This document shows positions 26,410 to 38,878 of a stretch of 64,000 nt of DNA, piece by piece (position 1 is the stretch's first letter; the number at the start of each line of letters is the position of its first letter). The translations under genes and the position numbers were made by a program. The stretch is from Antedon mediterranea. Lineage: Eukaryota; Animalia; Echinodermata. The stretch covers positions 7,580,422-7,644,421 of the forward strand of contig NC_092678.1 of the NCBI RefSeq assembly GCF_964355755.1, in the 5' to 3' direction. The notes under the pieces were generated by a model that was not told the origin of the DNA, searched no databases, and worked only from the letters and a program-made list of their open reading frames with translations.

Positions 26410-29238
26410 TCACATTTTCCGACCCGCAACTCGCATTTTCCGACCCGCAACTCGCATTTTCCGACTCGCAACTCGCATTTTCCGACCCGCAACTCGCATT
26501 TTCCGACCCGCAACTCGCATTTTCCGACCCGCAACTCGCATTTTCCGACCCGCAACTCGCACTTTCCGACCCGCAACTCGCACTTTCCGACCCGCAACTC
26601 GCACTTTCCGACCCGCAACTCGCATTTTCCGACCCGCAACTAGCATTTTCCGACTCGCAACTCGCATTTTCCGACCCGCAACTCGCATTTTCCGACCCGC
26701 AACTCGCATTTTCCGACCCGCAACTCGCACTTTCCGACCCGCAACTCGCATTTTCCGACTCGCAACTCGCATTTTCCGACTCGCAACTCGCATTTTCCAA
26801 CTCGCAACTCGCAGAAAAGAAACCCTCATAAATGTCCATTCAAACGACAGGAATATATTTAGGTGTTATATATAATTTTTCATGCAATATTAATGGTCAG
26901 GATTATAGGATACAAAAGACAAAATTAAATAGTTTTGTAGCATCTGTAACAAAACTGACACTCCTTTGTTTAACTTGAAGGAAATAATATTGTATATTAT
27001 TCTATATCATATAAACATATGAATCATGCACACTCCTTTTCTAGAATCAGATAGCTGCTTTAGTAGGAAAACAAAATGAATCACAAGTATGGACAAACAT
27101 ATTAATGTAAACAAACAATAATCCACTTGGAATTTATTTAAGATAGAACTAAAAAATTTAATTTCAAACGAATACTTATGTAATCTAAACAAAGCAGAAA
27201 GAAAATGGAACGACGTTAAAAGAAAAACTCCTTGAATCAATTATCTAAAAATTTAATTAAGAAATACACAAGAATAAACATAAACGTACGGTATACAGTA
27301 TATTTTCTTGATTTAGATCAATTGTTCATTTACCATCATTATTATATTATTGTTTTCTAGGAGGCGCCCGAGTCCAGGATGACCGAGACGCAACTGGTGC
27401 TAGCCAGGATTTAAACTAGAACTATTAAAATAAACCTGGCTAGCGACGAGGGCGTATCCCCATACTTCGGTTTGGGTTTAGCTTTGCAATATTTATTAGT
27501 TTGTTATTTTATCATATAAATAATAAAAGCAATAATATGTTCAAAATGTTAAACTATACAATTTTATAAAAGTATTCAAACAAAACATAATCTTATAATG
27601 CAATATACCATTTTATCATATATATTTATATTATATCAAATCTCTTTTTAATACTGAATATCAATCTTTATATCGTTTTAGCTCTGTAATATAAATTTTC
27701 TCTGTATACATGTTTGTTTTATCTAGATTTCAACACAATATCAAAATATTTTATATAATCTTTTAACCTCTGTCTGTGTAATATCACTTAAATATTCATT
27801 GATAAATCGATAGATAGATAGACATATATACTGTAACCTTCACCATATTGTTTATCATTGCAATAAAAGTGGGTTGCCCCGACCCGCAACTCGCATTTTC
27901 CGACCCGCAACTCGCATTTTCCGACCCGCAACTCGCATTTTCCGACCCGCAACTCGCACTTTCCGACTCGCAACTCGCATTTTCCGACCCGCAACTCGCA
28001 TTTCCGACTCGCAACTCGCATTTTCCGACCCGCAATTCGCATTTTCCGACCCGCAACTCACATTTTCCGACCCGCAACTCGCACTTTCCGACCCGCAACT
28101 CGCATTTTCCGACTCGCAACTCGCATTTTCCGACTCGCAACTCGCATTTTCCAACTCGCAACTCGCAGAAAAGAAACCCTCATAAATGTCCATTCAAACG
28201 ACAGGAATCTATTTAGGTGTTATATATAATTTTTCATGCAATATTAATGGTCAGGATTATAGGATACAAAAGACAAAAATAAATAGTTTTGTAGCATCTG
28301 TAACAAAACTGACACTCCTTTGTTTAACTTGAAGGAAATAATATTGAATATTATTCTATATCATATAAACATATGAATCATGCACACTCCTTTTCTAGAA
28401 TCAGATAGCTGCTTTAGTAGGAAAACAAAATGAATCACAAGTATGGAAAAACATATTAATGTAAACAAACAATAATCCACTTGGAATTTATTTAAGATAG
28501 AACTAAAAAATTTAATTTCAAACGAATACTTATGTAATCTAAACAAAGCAGGAAGAAAATGGAACGACGTTAAAAGAAAAACTCCTTGAATCAATTATCT
28601 AAAAATTTAATTAAGAAATACACAAGAATAAACATAAACGTACGGTATACAGTATATTTTCTTGATTTAGATCAATTGTTAATTTACCATCATTATTATA
28701 TTATTGTTTTCTAGGAGGCGCCCGAGTCCGGGATGACCGAGACGCAACTGGTGCTAGCCAGGATTTAAACTAGAACTATTAAAATAAACCTGGCTAGCGA
28801 CGAGGGCGTATCCCCATACTTCGGTTTGGGTTTAGCTTTGCAATATTTATTAGTTTGTTATTTTATCATATAAATAATAAAAGCAATATTATGTTCAAAA
28901 TGTAAAACTATACAATTTTATAAAAGTATTCAAACAAAACATAATCTTATAATGCAATATACCATTTTATCATATATATTTATATTATATCAAATCTCTT
29001 TTTAATACTGAATATCAATCTTTATATCGTTTTAGCTCTGTAATATAAATTTTCTCTGTATACATGTTTGTTTTATCTAGATTTCAACACAATATCAAAA
29101 TATTTTATATAATCTTTTAACCTCTGTCTGTGTAATATCACTTAAATATTCATTGATAAATCGATAGATAGATAGACATATTATATACTGTAACCTTCAC
29201 CATATCGTTTATCATTGCAATAAAAGTGGGTTGCCCCC
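26410..29238. repeat. Tandem duplication of ~1.4 kb (inverted 21-bp array plus ~1.07 kb unique block)
   Basis: 26813-27879 is nearly identical to 28167-29238; both end in GTGGGTTGCCCC. Confidence 0.92.
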
Positions 29239-30724
29239 ACAAAAGAGAAAAAAACAATAATCCATTCAAAAACAATTAAACAATTGAAAGTGAAACAAAT
29301 GATCATTGAGTTAAAAAAACATAGGATATTTTAGGTAGGGAAGACTCATCATTTGCATTTAACAAAACAACAAATGCTAAATTTGGTCAACAAAAATGTG
29401 TTTATCATATCTATAACATCTTTAGTGTGTAGCCAATTCTTCATTCCAACTTTAAGTATTTCCCAAAATTTGTTCTCCAGGTAATTTGAATACATACATT
29501 CAAATAGAGAGAAATACTGTAATTATATCTTATAATTTGAGTAATAGACTAGTCCAGAGAGTCATATTTCCACTCTAATAAGATACTGTAGGCATTTCGT
29601 GTTAAAAGCGAATAAACATGTGTTTTAGGGTAATTTTGGGGTGTTGAATTCAAATTTGCTGTTTACCCAGCTCAATTTTTAGATCTTCACCCTTAAAATG
29701 TGAAAAACAAAATGGCCGCCATTTCAGACTTATTTTGGCTTATAACTTGACTTTTAAATGACGTAGCAAGTTAAAAATGGTGTCTATACCTATGTTTGTG
29801 ATAGTGAAGATTCCAACTATATTTTTATTAAAGTTGAAAATATTTTATTTCAGCCGCCATGTTGAAATCCAAGATGGCCGCCATTTTAAACGTATTTTGG
29901 CTTATAACTTGACTTTTAATTAACATAGCAAGTTAAAAATAGTTTCTATACCTATGTTTGTGATACTGAGGATTCCAAATATATTGTTATTAAAGTTGTA
30001 AATATTCTATTTCAGCCTCCATGTTGGAATTCAAGATGGTCGCCATTTAAAACGTATTTTGGCTTATAACTTAACATAAGTAACATAGTAGGTTAGAAAT
30101 GATGTCTATACAGTACCTATGTTTGTGATACTGAGGATTCCAAATATATTGTTATTAAAGTTGTAAATATTCTATTTCAGTCGCCATGTTGGAATTCAAG
30201 ATGGTCGCCATTTAAAACGTATTTTGGCTTATAACTTGACATATAAGTAACATAGTAGGTTAGAAATGATGTCTATACAGTACCTATGTTTGTGATACTG
30301 AGGATTCCAAATATATTGTTATTAAAGTTGTAAACAGCCGCCATATTGAAATCAAAGATGGCGCCTATTTTAAACACACACACACACAGGGTAGTAACAA
30401 GTGCGAGGCAAACAAACAAATGAAAATGAAAAACTCACAAAGGGATTGTTCTTTATGTGTAAAATATTTTAAAACGAGATAGATGATAATGATGATCATT
30501 GTCAAGTGTTTAGAAAAATTAATGAAAAAAAGGAGGTAATACGGAATTCATAAATGTAAAAATGTTACTGATGACACATAAAAGTAGTGTTTGCGCCACA
30601 AAAGAGAAAAAAATATATATATACAGTATATAAACATCACAGAATAAATTCTAATCCGCCCGATATAATGAAATTTAATTAATTAGAAAAAATAAAAATG
30701 ACGAAACCTGTGAGAATGAGAAAA

Positions 30725-30797
30725 AGCCCTCTCCGAGATTCAAATCCGGAACCTTCTGCTTGATATGCAGATCTCCTAACCATTAGATCACTGGGGT
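30725..30797 (-). pseudogene. Degenerate tRNA-like sequence (SINE head)
   Basis: AGTGATCTAATGGTTAG...GGTTCCGGATTTGAATCTCGG; the stems are imperfect. Confidence 0.45.
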
Positions 30798-31869
30798 TTT
30801 CATTGTATTGTATCAATTCGATTGTGCGAGGCAGCGAGGCACACCAAATATAAGTGTGAGGCATGCGGGCATATAGTTTACAATTTCAAAAAGGTGCGAG
30901 GCATATAGTTTACAATTTCAAAAAGGTGCGAGGCATTTCTTAACGTGCTATTATGCTATATTATAGGCCTAATAATTAATTATTTATATTTTTAAAATAG
31001 GCCTAGCGTATCGAAATAGATTCGTGTATACACTCATCATGCTATGTTGTTTATTTTTATGTAACGATTGTTTTTTTCATTCAAGTCATATGGTATAAGT
31101 TGACTACAATGTTCAAATTGTTTGTTCATAATGATAATGAAAGAGTTGGTCAAAAAGACTTCACAGAATTAATTCAATACAACAACAACGTATTTATATC
31201 AAAACATTTCTCGGAATAGAAAGAGATTGTAAAATTGGTAAAGAAACAAACATGTTAAATGTATACAAACAACAATTGATAAAGACATCAGTATAATAAT
31301 AATATATAAATTGAGAAAACTGCTAAAAAGTAGTGTATAATTTATTTTATTTATGCATTGATATTACCATATATTAATGATTGTTGTGAAATTTGGGGTA
31401 ACACTTATAAAAGTACAGTACAAAATGTTTACAAAAAAAGGTACTGTGATTTATAAAATTATCAATAGTGTAAGATGATAGCATTAGCCATAGTAGTAAA
31501 TGATACTGGATACCAGAGGAAGTAGAGGTTTCGTTTTGAGGTTTTTTCATCTACAGTATTATATATAATGCCTTCAATTCAGAATAAGGAAATAGAATTA
31601 AGCTTCACGGCCAAAATGATAATAGAGGACTAAAACAAAGTGGAATAAAAATGCTGTAATATGTTACTGCTGATACTGTTCTGTTTTCAAAGAATAATCG
31701 ATCCTAAATTTTAAATTTTGGGAAATGATAAAATGATGCCTCGCATTTTTTGATGATGGTAAAACGATGCCTCGCATAAATTTCTGACTTGCTTTGCTTT
31801 TGCGCATATCCTAGGCCAGTTGTGCATGTAGTTCTCTGTGCCCTGGGGACCTGTGAACACCTGCACATA

Positions 31870-32810
31870 GCCGGCCTGCGATTTTTTTTTTCGTACATAA
31901 GTTGGGGACCCCCTCATGAAACGTCACAAAATAAACATGAATAATTCATCAGTTAAATTTGTTGTTCCGTGTGCACCCAAGCGTATAGCAACAAGAAGTG
32001 ATTACACAACTGCGATACGATACTTTCTACAGTAGGCCTAGGATAAGTAAATTCACGTGATTGCCTTCGCGCACTCTTCTTCACACAAAATGTGTCGAGT
32101 CGAGGCTAATCGACAGCTAGGCAAGACATTAAACTAAGTAGTAATTCATTGGACATAGCCCAAAGAAAGCTTAGACCCACAAGAATAAAGAATGTGTAGC
32201 CTATAATTTGTGTACTGTATTTTTTTAATTCTGCTATTTTATTATCAAACAATATGCATGATGTACTCAAAGGAACTTTAAAAATGCGCGTATATGAACA
32301 CATGAGATGGGAAGATTTCACCCACGAGAATAAAAAATGTATTTTTGTGTAATTTATTGTTTAATTTTGCTGACTTATTACTCGGATTGTGTCATACCAA
32401 AGATAACTATCTTTGGTCATACCTAACACACACGTCACACACACCCACAGCTACTACTAGAATAGACATGGGTTTAAAGACTAATAATTAGGCATAATAG
32501 TATTAATAGAAACTATAATTTTAACACGTTAATTCTTTAGTAATAAATTATATTAAAAACACCATAAACTAAAGGCTGATTATTTCGACAATCCACACAA
32601 AACGCCGCTATCTTCTATGAAATCGCACGTCGCAACAACAGCGGAGATAGGCCTAGAATCGTACCGCACTTGTGTAATCACTTCTTGTTGCTATACGCTT
32701 GGGTGCACACGGAACAAGAAAATTTAACTAATGAATTATTCATGTTTATTTTGTGACGTTTCATGAGGGGGTCCCCAACTTATGTACGAAAAAAAAAATC
32801 GCAGCCGGCC
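31870..32810. mobile_element. MITE with ~150-bp TIRs, GGCC-type ends and TA flanks
   Basis: GCCGGCCTGCGATTTTTTTTTTCGTACATAAGTTGGGGACCCCC... is inverted at 32660-32810. Confidence 0.85.
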
Positions 32811-34686
32811 TAGCCCATTAAACAATTATTACGCAATAAACATTAAGCTATATATGCTTTGCAATTAGTGGTAATATGTAGGCCTACACACATAAATATA
32901 AGTTTAATTTATAGTATAATAATTAGATATCAAATTAATAGTTTTCATACAATAATATCGTGGATTTATATAGCGCCTAATGTTGTGAAACATTATTACC
33001 CCAGTCTATTGGATCAAACGTGTATGGAAATATCCAAAATTGAAATGACACATGAAATAAATAATGTCATATTGCAGTTTTTGGTATAACAAGTGAGCAT
33101 CTTCATCTGCAATCAAAGTTGCTATTTCATTGCCAGAATTTTACCTGTTTGGTGACCAAGTCAACAACTTTTTTGGCTTATATTATAATGCTGTTTCCAA
33201 GATTCATCGAGCATAAAGGACATTATATTGTGCCAACAAGGATGAAGAACCATCAGTTAAAGATACTGCATATCAACGGTATTCAAAGGGTTTGGGTAAT
33301 TTTCTAACTTGCCATCACTACCGGTGACCGGTAAACAACCTTTGTTCTTATGTCATCCACACCAGCATTTGTTATAAATCTTTATGAATTTGAAATAATT
33401 TGAAATGGTGAATAAATTGATAATTGGTACTTAATTACAGTATTTAAATTTCTACAACAAGCAGTATTTAACTTCCTTGGCAAAAAATTTCAGGAAATGG
33501 AATCGAAACTTTGAATGCAGATGGAGCATTAAATCTATTAGGGGCCTACTATTACTTTGCCATCATTAAAAAAATATTTTAAGACAGAAGAAGCAATATA
33601 GTGGAAAAATATGTAGTTAAAGAAAACACTGGGGAGCAAATGGCAACATCTTCAATGTCATTTCGAATGAGAAACGATCTGTACTTGCAAAGAAACAAAG
33701 ATATGAATTATGAATTAATTCGAAACATGCATCTTTTGTTCAGTCCAAAATTAACAAGACATCTGATTAATAATAATTAATAGTAATTCACTTACAGTAG
33801 GTGGTCTATAAGTATACAGGGCTTCAAAATGGTAAATGGCGGCCATTTTTAATTTATGCTAATGAAACCACTTCACGATGTCCGATTTTGGTAAACTTTG
33901 GATATGATGTTAATTTGGACCATATCAACCAGACAAAACAAAAACAAATTATGTTGCAATTTGTTCTAGGTTCAACCATACTTTTACTGGACTATAGGTA
34001 GAAACCATTCTTAACTTGCTATGTTAATTAAAGTCAAGTTATAAGCCAAAATACGTTTAAAATGATGGCGGCCATCTTGGATTTCAACATGGCGGCTGAA
34101 ATAGAATATTTACAACTTTAATAACAATATATTTGGAATCCTCAGTATCACAAACATAGGTACTGTATAGACATCATTTCTAACCTACTATGTTACTTAT
34201 ATGTCAAGTTATAAGCCAAAATACGTTTTAAATGGCGACCATCTTGAATTCCAACATGGAGGCTGAAATAGAATATTTACAACTTTAATAACAATATATT
34301 TGGAATCCTCAGTATCACAAACATAGGTATAGAAACTATTTTTAACTTGCTATGTTAATTAAAAGTCAAGTTATAAGTCAAAATACGTTTAAAATGGCGG
34401 CCATCTTGGATTTCAACATGGCGGCTGAAATAGAATATTTTCAACTTTAATAACAATATAGTTGGAATCTTCACTATCACAAACATAGGTATAGACACCA
34501 TTTTTAACTTGCTACGTCACTTAAAAGTCAAGTTTCACATTATAAGGGTGAAGATCTAAAAATTGAGCCGGGTAAACAGCAAATTTGAATTCAACACCCC
34601 AAAATTACCCTAAAACACATGTTTATTCGCTTTTAACACGAAATTCCTACAGCATTTAATTTTTCTCAAATCTGGACTAGTCTATA

Positions 34687-37600
34687 TACTCTAGTAGCTA
34701 GATCAACTTTCGTATGCACTTTGAGGTCCAGAGAATTTGACTTCAGAAATTGGTTTAGGGTGGTCAAACAATCATTTTTGGCTTGGTTACACATTTTGAA
34801 AATGTGGCGAAAGGTCAAAAGGTCAGGGTGAAAGGTCATAAGACCAAACACCAATATGTCCTTAAATCTCAACAACCACTGGTCACAGCGAAGTAATTTT
34901 GGTCTCAAATTGATCTGAAGGTATACATTTATATTCAGTCTAATGGGACATTTTAGTAAAAAAATGACCGGAAATGCCATTTCTGACCTTTGACCCACAC
35001 CTCAGGGCATGTATGTATCTCCGTAACTACTGATCGTAGACACTTAAATTTGGTCTTAAATTGTTTGAAATAAATATTTATTATTTGTAGCACATTTTTA
35101 AAAATGTTACAAAAGGTCAAAGGGTCAAGGTCAAAGGTTATATGAACAAATAAAAATAGATACTTGTATCTCGGCAACCACTCGTCGCAGCAAGTCAATT
35201 TTAGTCTCAAAATGTTCAGAAGGCATGCTTTCATATTCAATCTAATGGGACATTTTAGTCAAAAATTATCAGAAATGCCATTTCTGACCTTTGACCCACA
35301 TATCATGGCATCTTCATATCTCTGTAAGTACTGGTCGTAGAAACTTAAATTTGGTATCAAATTGTTCGAAATATACATATTTACATTCATTGTAATAGAA
35401 AATGTGGTTAAAAGATGAACAGAAATACTATTACTAATGTTTCAAACAAAAAACATATCTCTACATAACTTATCCTTAGACAGATGCAATAACTGATACT
35501 TTAAATTGTTTCAATTTCAAGTACTAGTTATTGCTGTCCCCAAGAACATTTTGATAGAAACGTCAAGCTCAACAGTTCTTTTCAGAATGCTAGAAGTAAC
35601 TTGCCATGTGTATCCGATTAAACCCCCCGGGCATTTATTGTTCAAAGGGGTTTTTAGGGGCAGGGGAGGCATCTTTATTTGTGGTATAATATGGTAATAT
35701 GTATAATCAAATAAATACCACCTAGATGTAAAAAAAAATACAGCACAATTAATATAAAAAAGTGAAAAAAATGCTTGGTAAATTGTAGATTATGGTAGTT
35801 AATGTAATGTGTTGTGATACAATTATTGTGTAAATGCATGTGGCGGGCGTATTCCACATGGTGTTCTATTAGAGGGAATGGTGGCGTTTATTTGAGAGAG
35901 GCTTTTATTCAAAGCGGGTGTTAATTCGAATAAATACTCTAATTTTAATAATTATAATTCGTTTCTAAACTGATAAAAGGTACTTTACATGATTCGTTTT
36001 CTTCTTTATGCTTTTTAACGAAATGTTTCTGTCTTTTAGAATAAAAGTGACACTGTCATAGATAACATTAAATAGATCTTCTCTTCCAGGTGCCAGTATA
36101 ATGATATAAAACAATGACATATCATTATCCTGACACAATTGCACTCATAATGGATCTTCATTCTATCATCTGTTTGTTTGTGACTACAATTTGACAACAA
36201 TCTTTTGCATATTTTTAAATGCCAATACATAGCTTCATTACTATCGTACAATATGCCCAGCTTTCCTGAAAACACCTTTGTGTACTGTAGTACAGTGTTG
36301 TAGTATGATTTTATCATGATAATTTCTGATGCTTTTATTGTCAATGAATTCAGTACCTAAAACATTTCAAAGTTTCTAGTGGTATTGATAATAAATCTCC
36401 AGAAACATATATTGTTTTATTATCTACACTGGGAACAGACGTGTATAATAATTATACACCAACAAAACTTATACATATTATGTATAAGTTTTGTCGGTAA
36501 CATTCAAAAATATTATGCAACAGTGTTACGGAGTAATGACAATGAATTGGTCTATTATAGTTGTCTGTGATACCTTTTATTACATGATTGTACTTGCAAC
36601 AGGATAGAATGAGGTTTAATCCAGTTATTATTCTTATTATATTAATTTTTTTTTTTATCTGGGGTGTATTTATTTGATTATACATGTTACCATTATTACA
36701 CCCAAACAAAATAAACGCCTTCCCTGAATAACTAAATGCCCGGACCTTTTATTCGGGTAACTATAGTAAGTTACTTCTAGCATTCTTAACTGTTGAGCTC
36801 GAGTATTTATTCGAATTAACACACGCTTTGATTAAAAGCCTCCATTCCCTCCAATAGAACATCATGTGGAATAAACGCTCCGCCACATGCATTTACAAAA
36901 TAATTGTATCACAACACATTTCATTAATTACCATAATCTACAATTTACCAAGCATTTTGACATAATGTTATCATTTTTTTATATTAATTGTGCTGTATTT
37001 TTTTACATTTAGGTGGTATTTATTTGATTATACATGTTACCATATTATACCCCAAATAAAGATGCCTCCCCTTCCCCTAAAAACCCTTTTGAACAATAAA
37101 TGCCCGGGGCGTTTAATCGGATACACATGGCAAGTTACTTCTAGCATTCTGAAAAGAACTGTTGAGCTTGACGTTTATACCAAAATGTTCTCGTGGACAG
37201 CAATAACTAGTAGGCCTACTTGAAATTGAAACCATTTAAAGTATCATATTGCATAACATTACTGTCTAAAGATAAGTTGTGTAGAGATATGTTTTTTGTT
37301 TGAAACATTAGTAATAGTATTTTCTGTTCATCTTTTAACCACATTTTCTATTACAATGAATGTAAATATGTATATTTCGAACAATTTGATACCAAATTTA
37401 AGTTTCTACGACCAGTACTTACAGAGATATGAAGATGCCCTGGTATGTGGGTCAAAGGTCAGAAATTGCATTTCTGATCATTTTTTACTAAAATGCCCCA
37501 TTAGACGGAATATAAATGCATGCCTTCTGAACATTTTGAGACCAAAATTGACTTGCTGCGACCACTGGTTGCAGAGATACAAGTACCTATATTTATTTGT

Positions 37601-38058
37601 TTATATAACCCTTGACCCTGACCCTTTGACCTTTTGTAACATTTTTCAAAATGTTTTTCAAATAACAAAATATATATTTCGAACAATTTAAAACCAAATT
37701 CAAGTGTCTACGACCAGTAGTTACGGAGATAAATACATGCCCTGGGTTGTGGGTCAAAGGTCAGAAATGGCATTTCCGGTCATTTTAAACTAAAATGTCC
37801 CATTAGACTGAATATAAATGTATACCTTCTGATCAATTTGAGACCAAAATTACTTCATTGTGACCAGTGGTTGTTCAGATTTAAGGACATATTGGTGTTT
37901 GGTCTTATGACCTTTCACCCTGACCTTTTGACCTTTCGCCACATTTTCAAAATGTGTAACCAAGCCAAAAATGATTGTTTGACCACCCTAAACCAATTTC
38001 TGAAGTCAAATTCTCTGGACCTCAAAGTGCATACGAAAGTTGATCTAGCTACTAGAGT
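34687..38058. mobile_element. ~3.4 kb foldback element with ~1.25 kb inverted arms
   Basis: 34687-35938 is the reverse complement of 36801-38058. Termini CTCTAGTAGCTAGATC...GATCTAGCTACTAGAG are flanked by TA. Confidence 0.9.
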
Positions 38059-38805
38059 AATAAGGGAAAAGGGGTTTTTCTTTTTTATTCAACTTTCAAT
38101 TTGGTAAGTTACACTGGCACTTCGCCATAGTTCACTTTTGAAATACAACTAAATTATTTGACTAAATGTTTTTTTTTTTCATTTAAACAGACCATCATGG
38201 AAACAAGTCAAGCTAGAAAGATTAATAAAACAATTGGCAAGACAGAATTTCGGATGTGACAAGATACTCTGCACACACACATATTCATACCAAAACAAAA
38301 TCTCACAGAACTTAGAAAAATAGTTCTTGACTATAGCAGTTTTTTTTTTCCTAGTGAAATGGATGCGATAATTCCCAAATAAAAGAAATTTATAACAAAC
38401 AAATAAAAAACGCCCCTTTCAGTGGTGAATCCAAGATTTTAAAACACACAATCAAAACCTCAGTACCGTTACTTTTTCAGAAGTTCGAAATAGCAATGAT
38501 TACACCATCCACTGTAAAATTAAAATTGCTGCTACAGGCTTGTAGGGTTTAAAGCAAGAATTGGCTGTACAGTATATCGTTAAATATAAATTTCTAGGTC
38601 CCCAGAAATTTCACTCTTACTTTTTTGGCGGATCAAAAAAAATCTACCCGTAGACCATTTTTAGTTACTTAAATCGAACCTTCAGAACAAAACCATCTGT
38701 GGGAACTTACTAGATGGAACACCAGCAAAGCTAGAATACCTTTTAATTAAAAATTGCAGTGAAGTGATCTACTAGAAATGTAAAATTAGTTCCTTAATTA
38801 CTTAC

Positions 38806-38878
38806 TTTGAGATGAGCATATGAAACATTGCAGAGTTAATAAAATAAAAGCTATCATGATGCATTTTCCACCAAACAT
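38806..38878 (-). CDS. Second signal-peptide exon, paralogous to 21538-21610
   Basis: 73 nt ATG...CAA A/GTAAGT; MFGGKCIMIAFILLTLQCFICSSQ. Confidence 0.7.

Larger units (their letters stand above)
29545..34683. mobile_element. ~5.1 kb long-TIR (foldback-like) element with ~160-bp subterminal repeats
   Basis: TAGACTAGTCCAGA...TCTGGACTAGTCTA termini. 29586-30370 is inverted relative to 34000-34651, with repeated CAAGATGGCCGCC units. Confidence 0.8.

Noticed and set aside
25153-28216. Multiple repetitive ORFs (CELRVGK, ASCGSEN, FSDPQLA)
   Set aside because: By-products of a 21-bp stop-free minisatellite that is open in all frames; no splice context.
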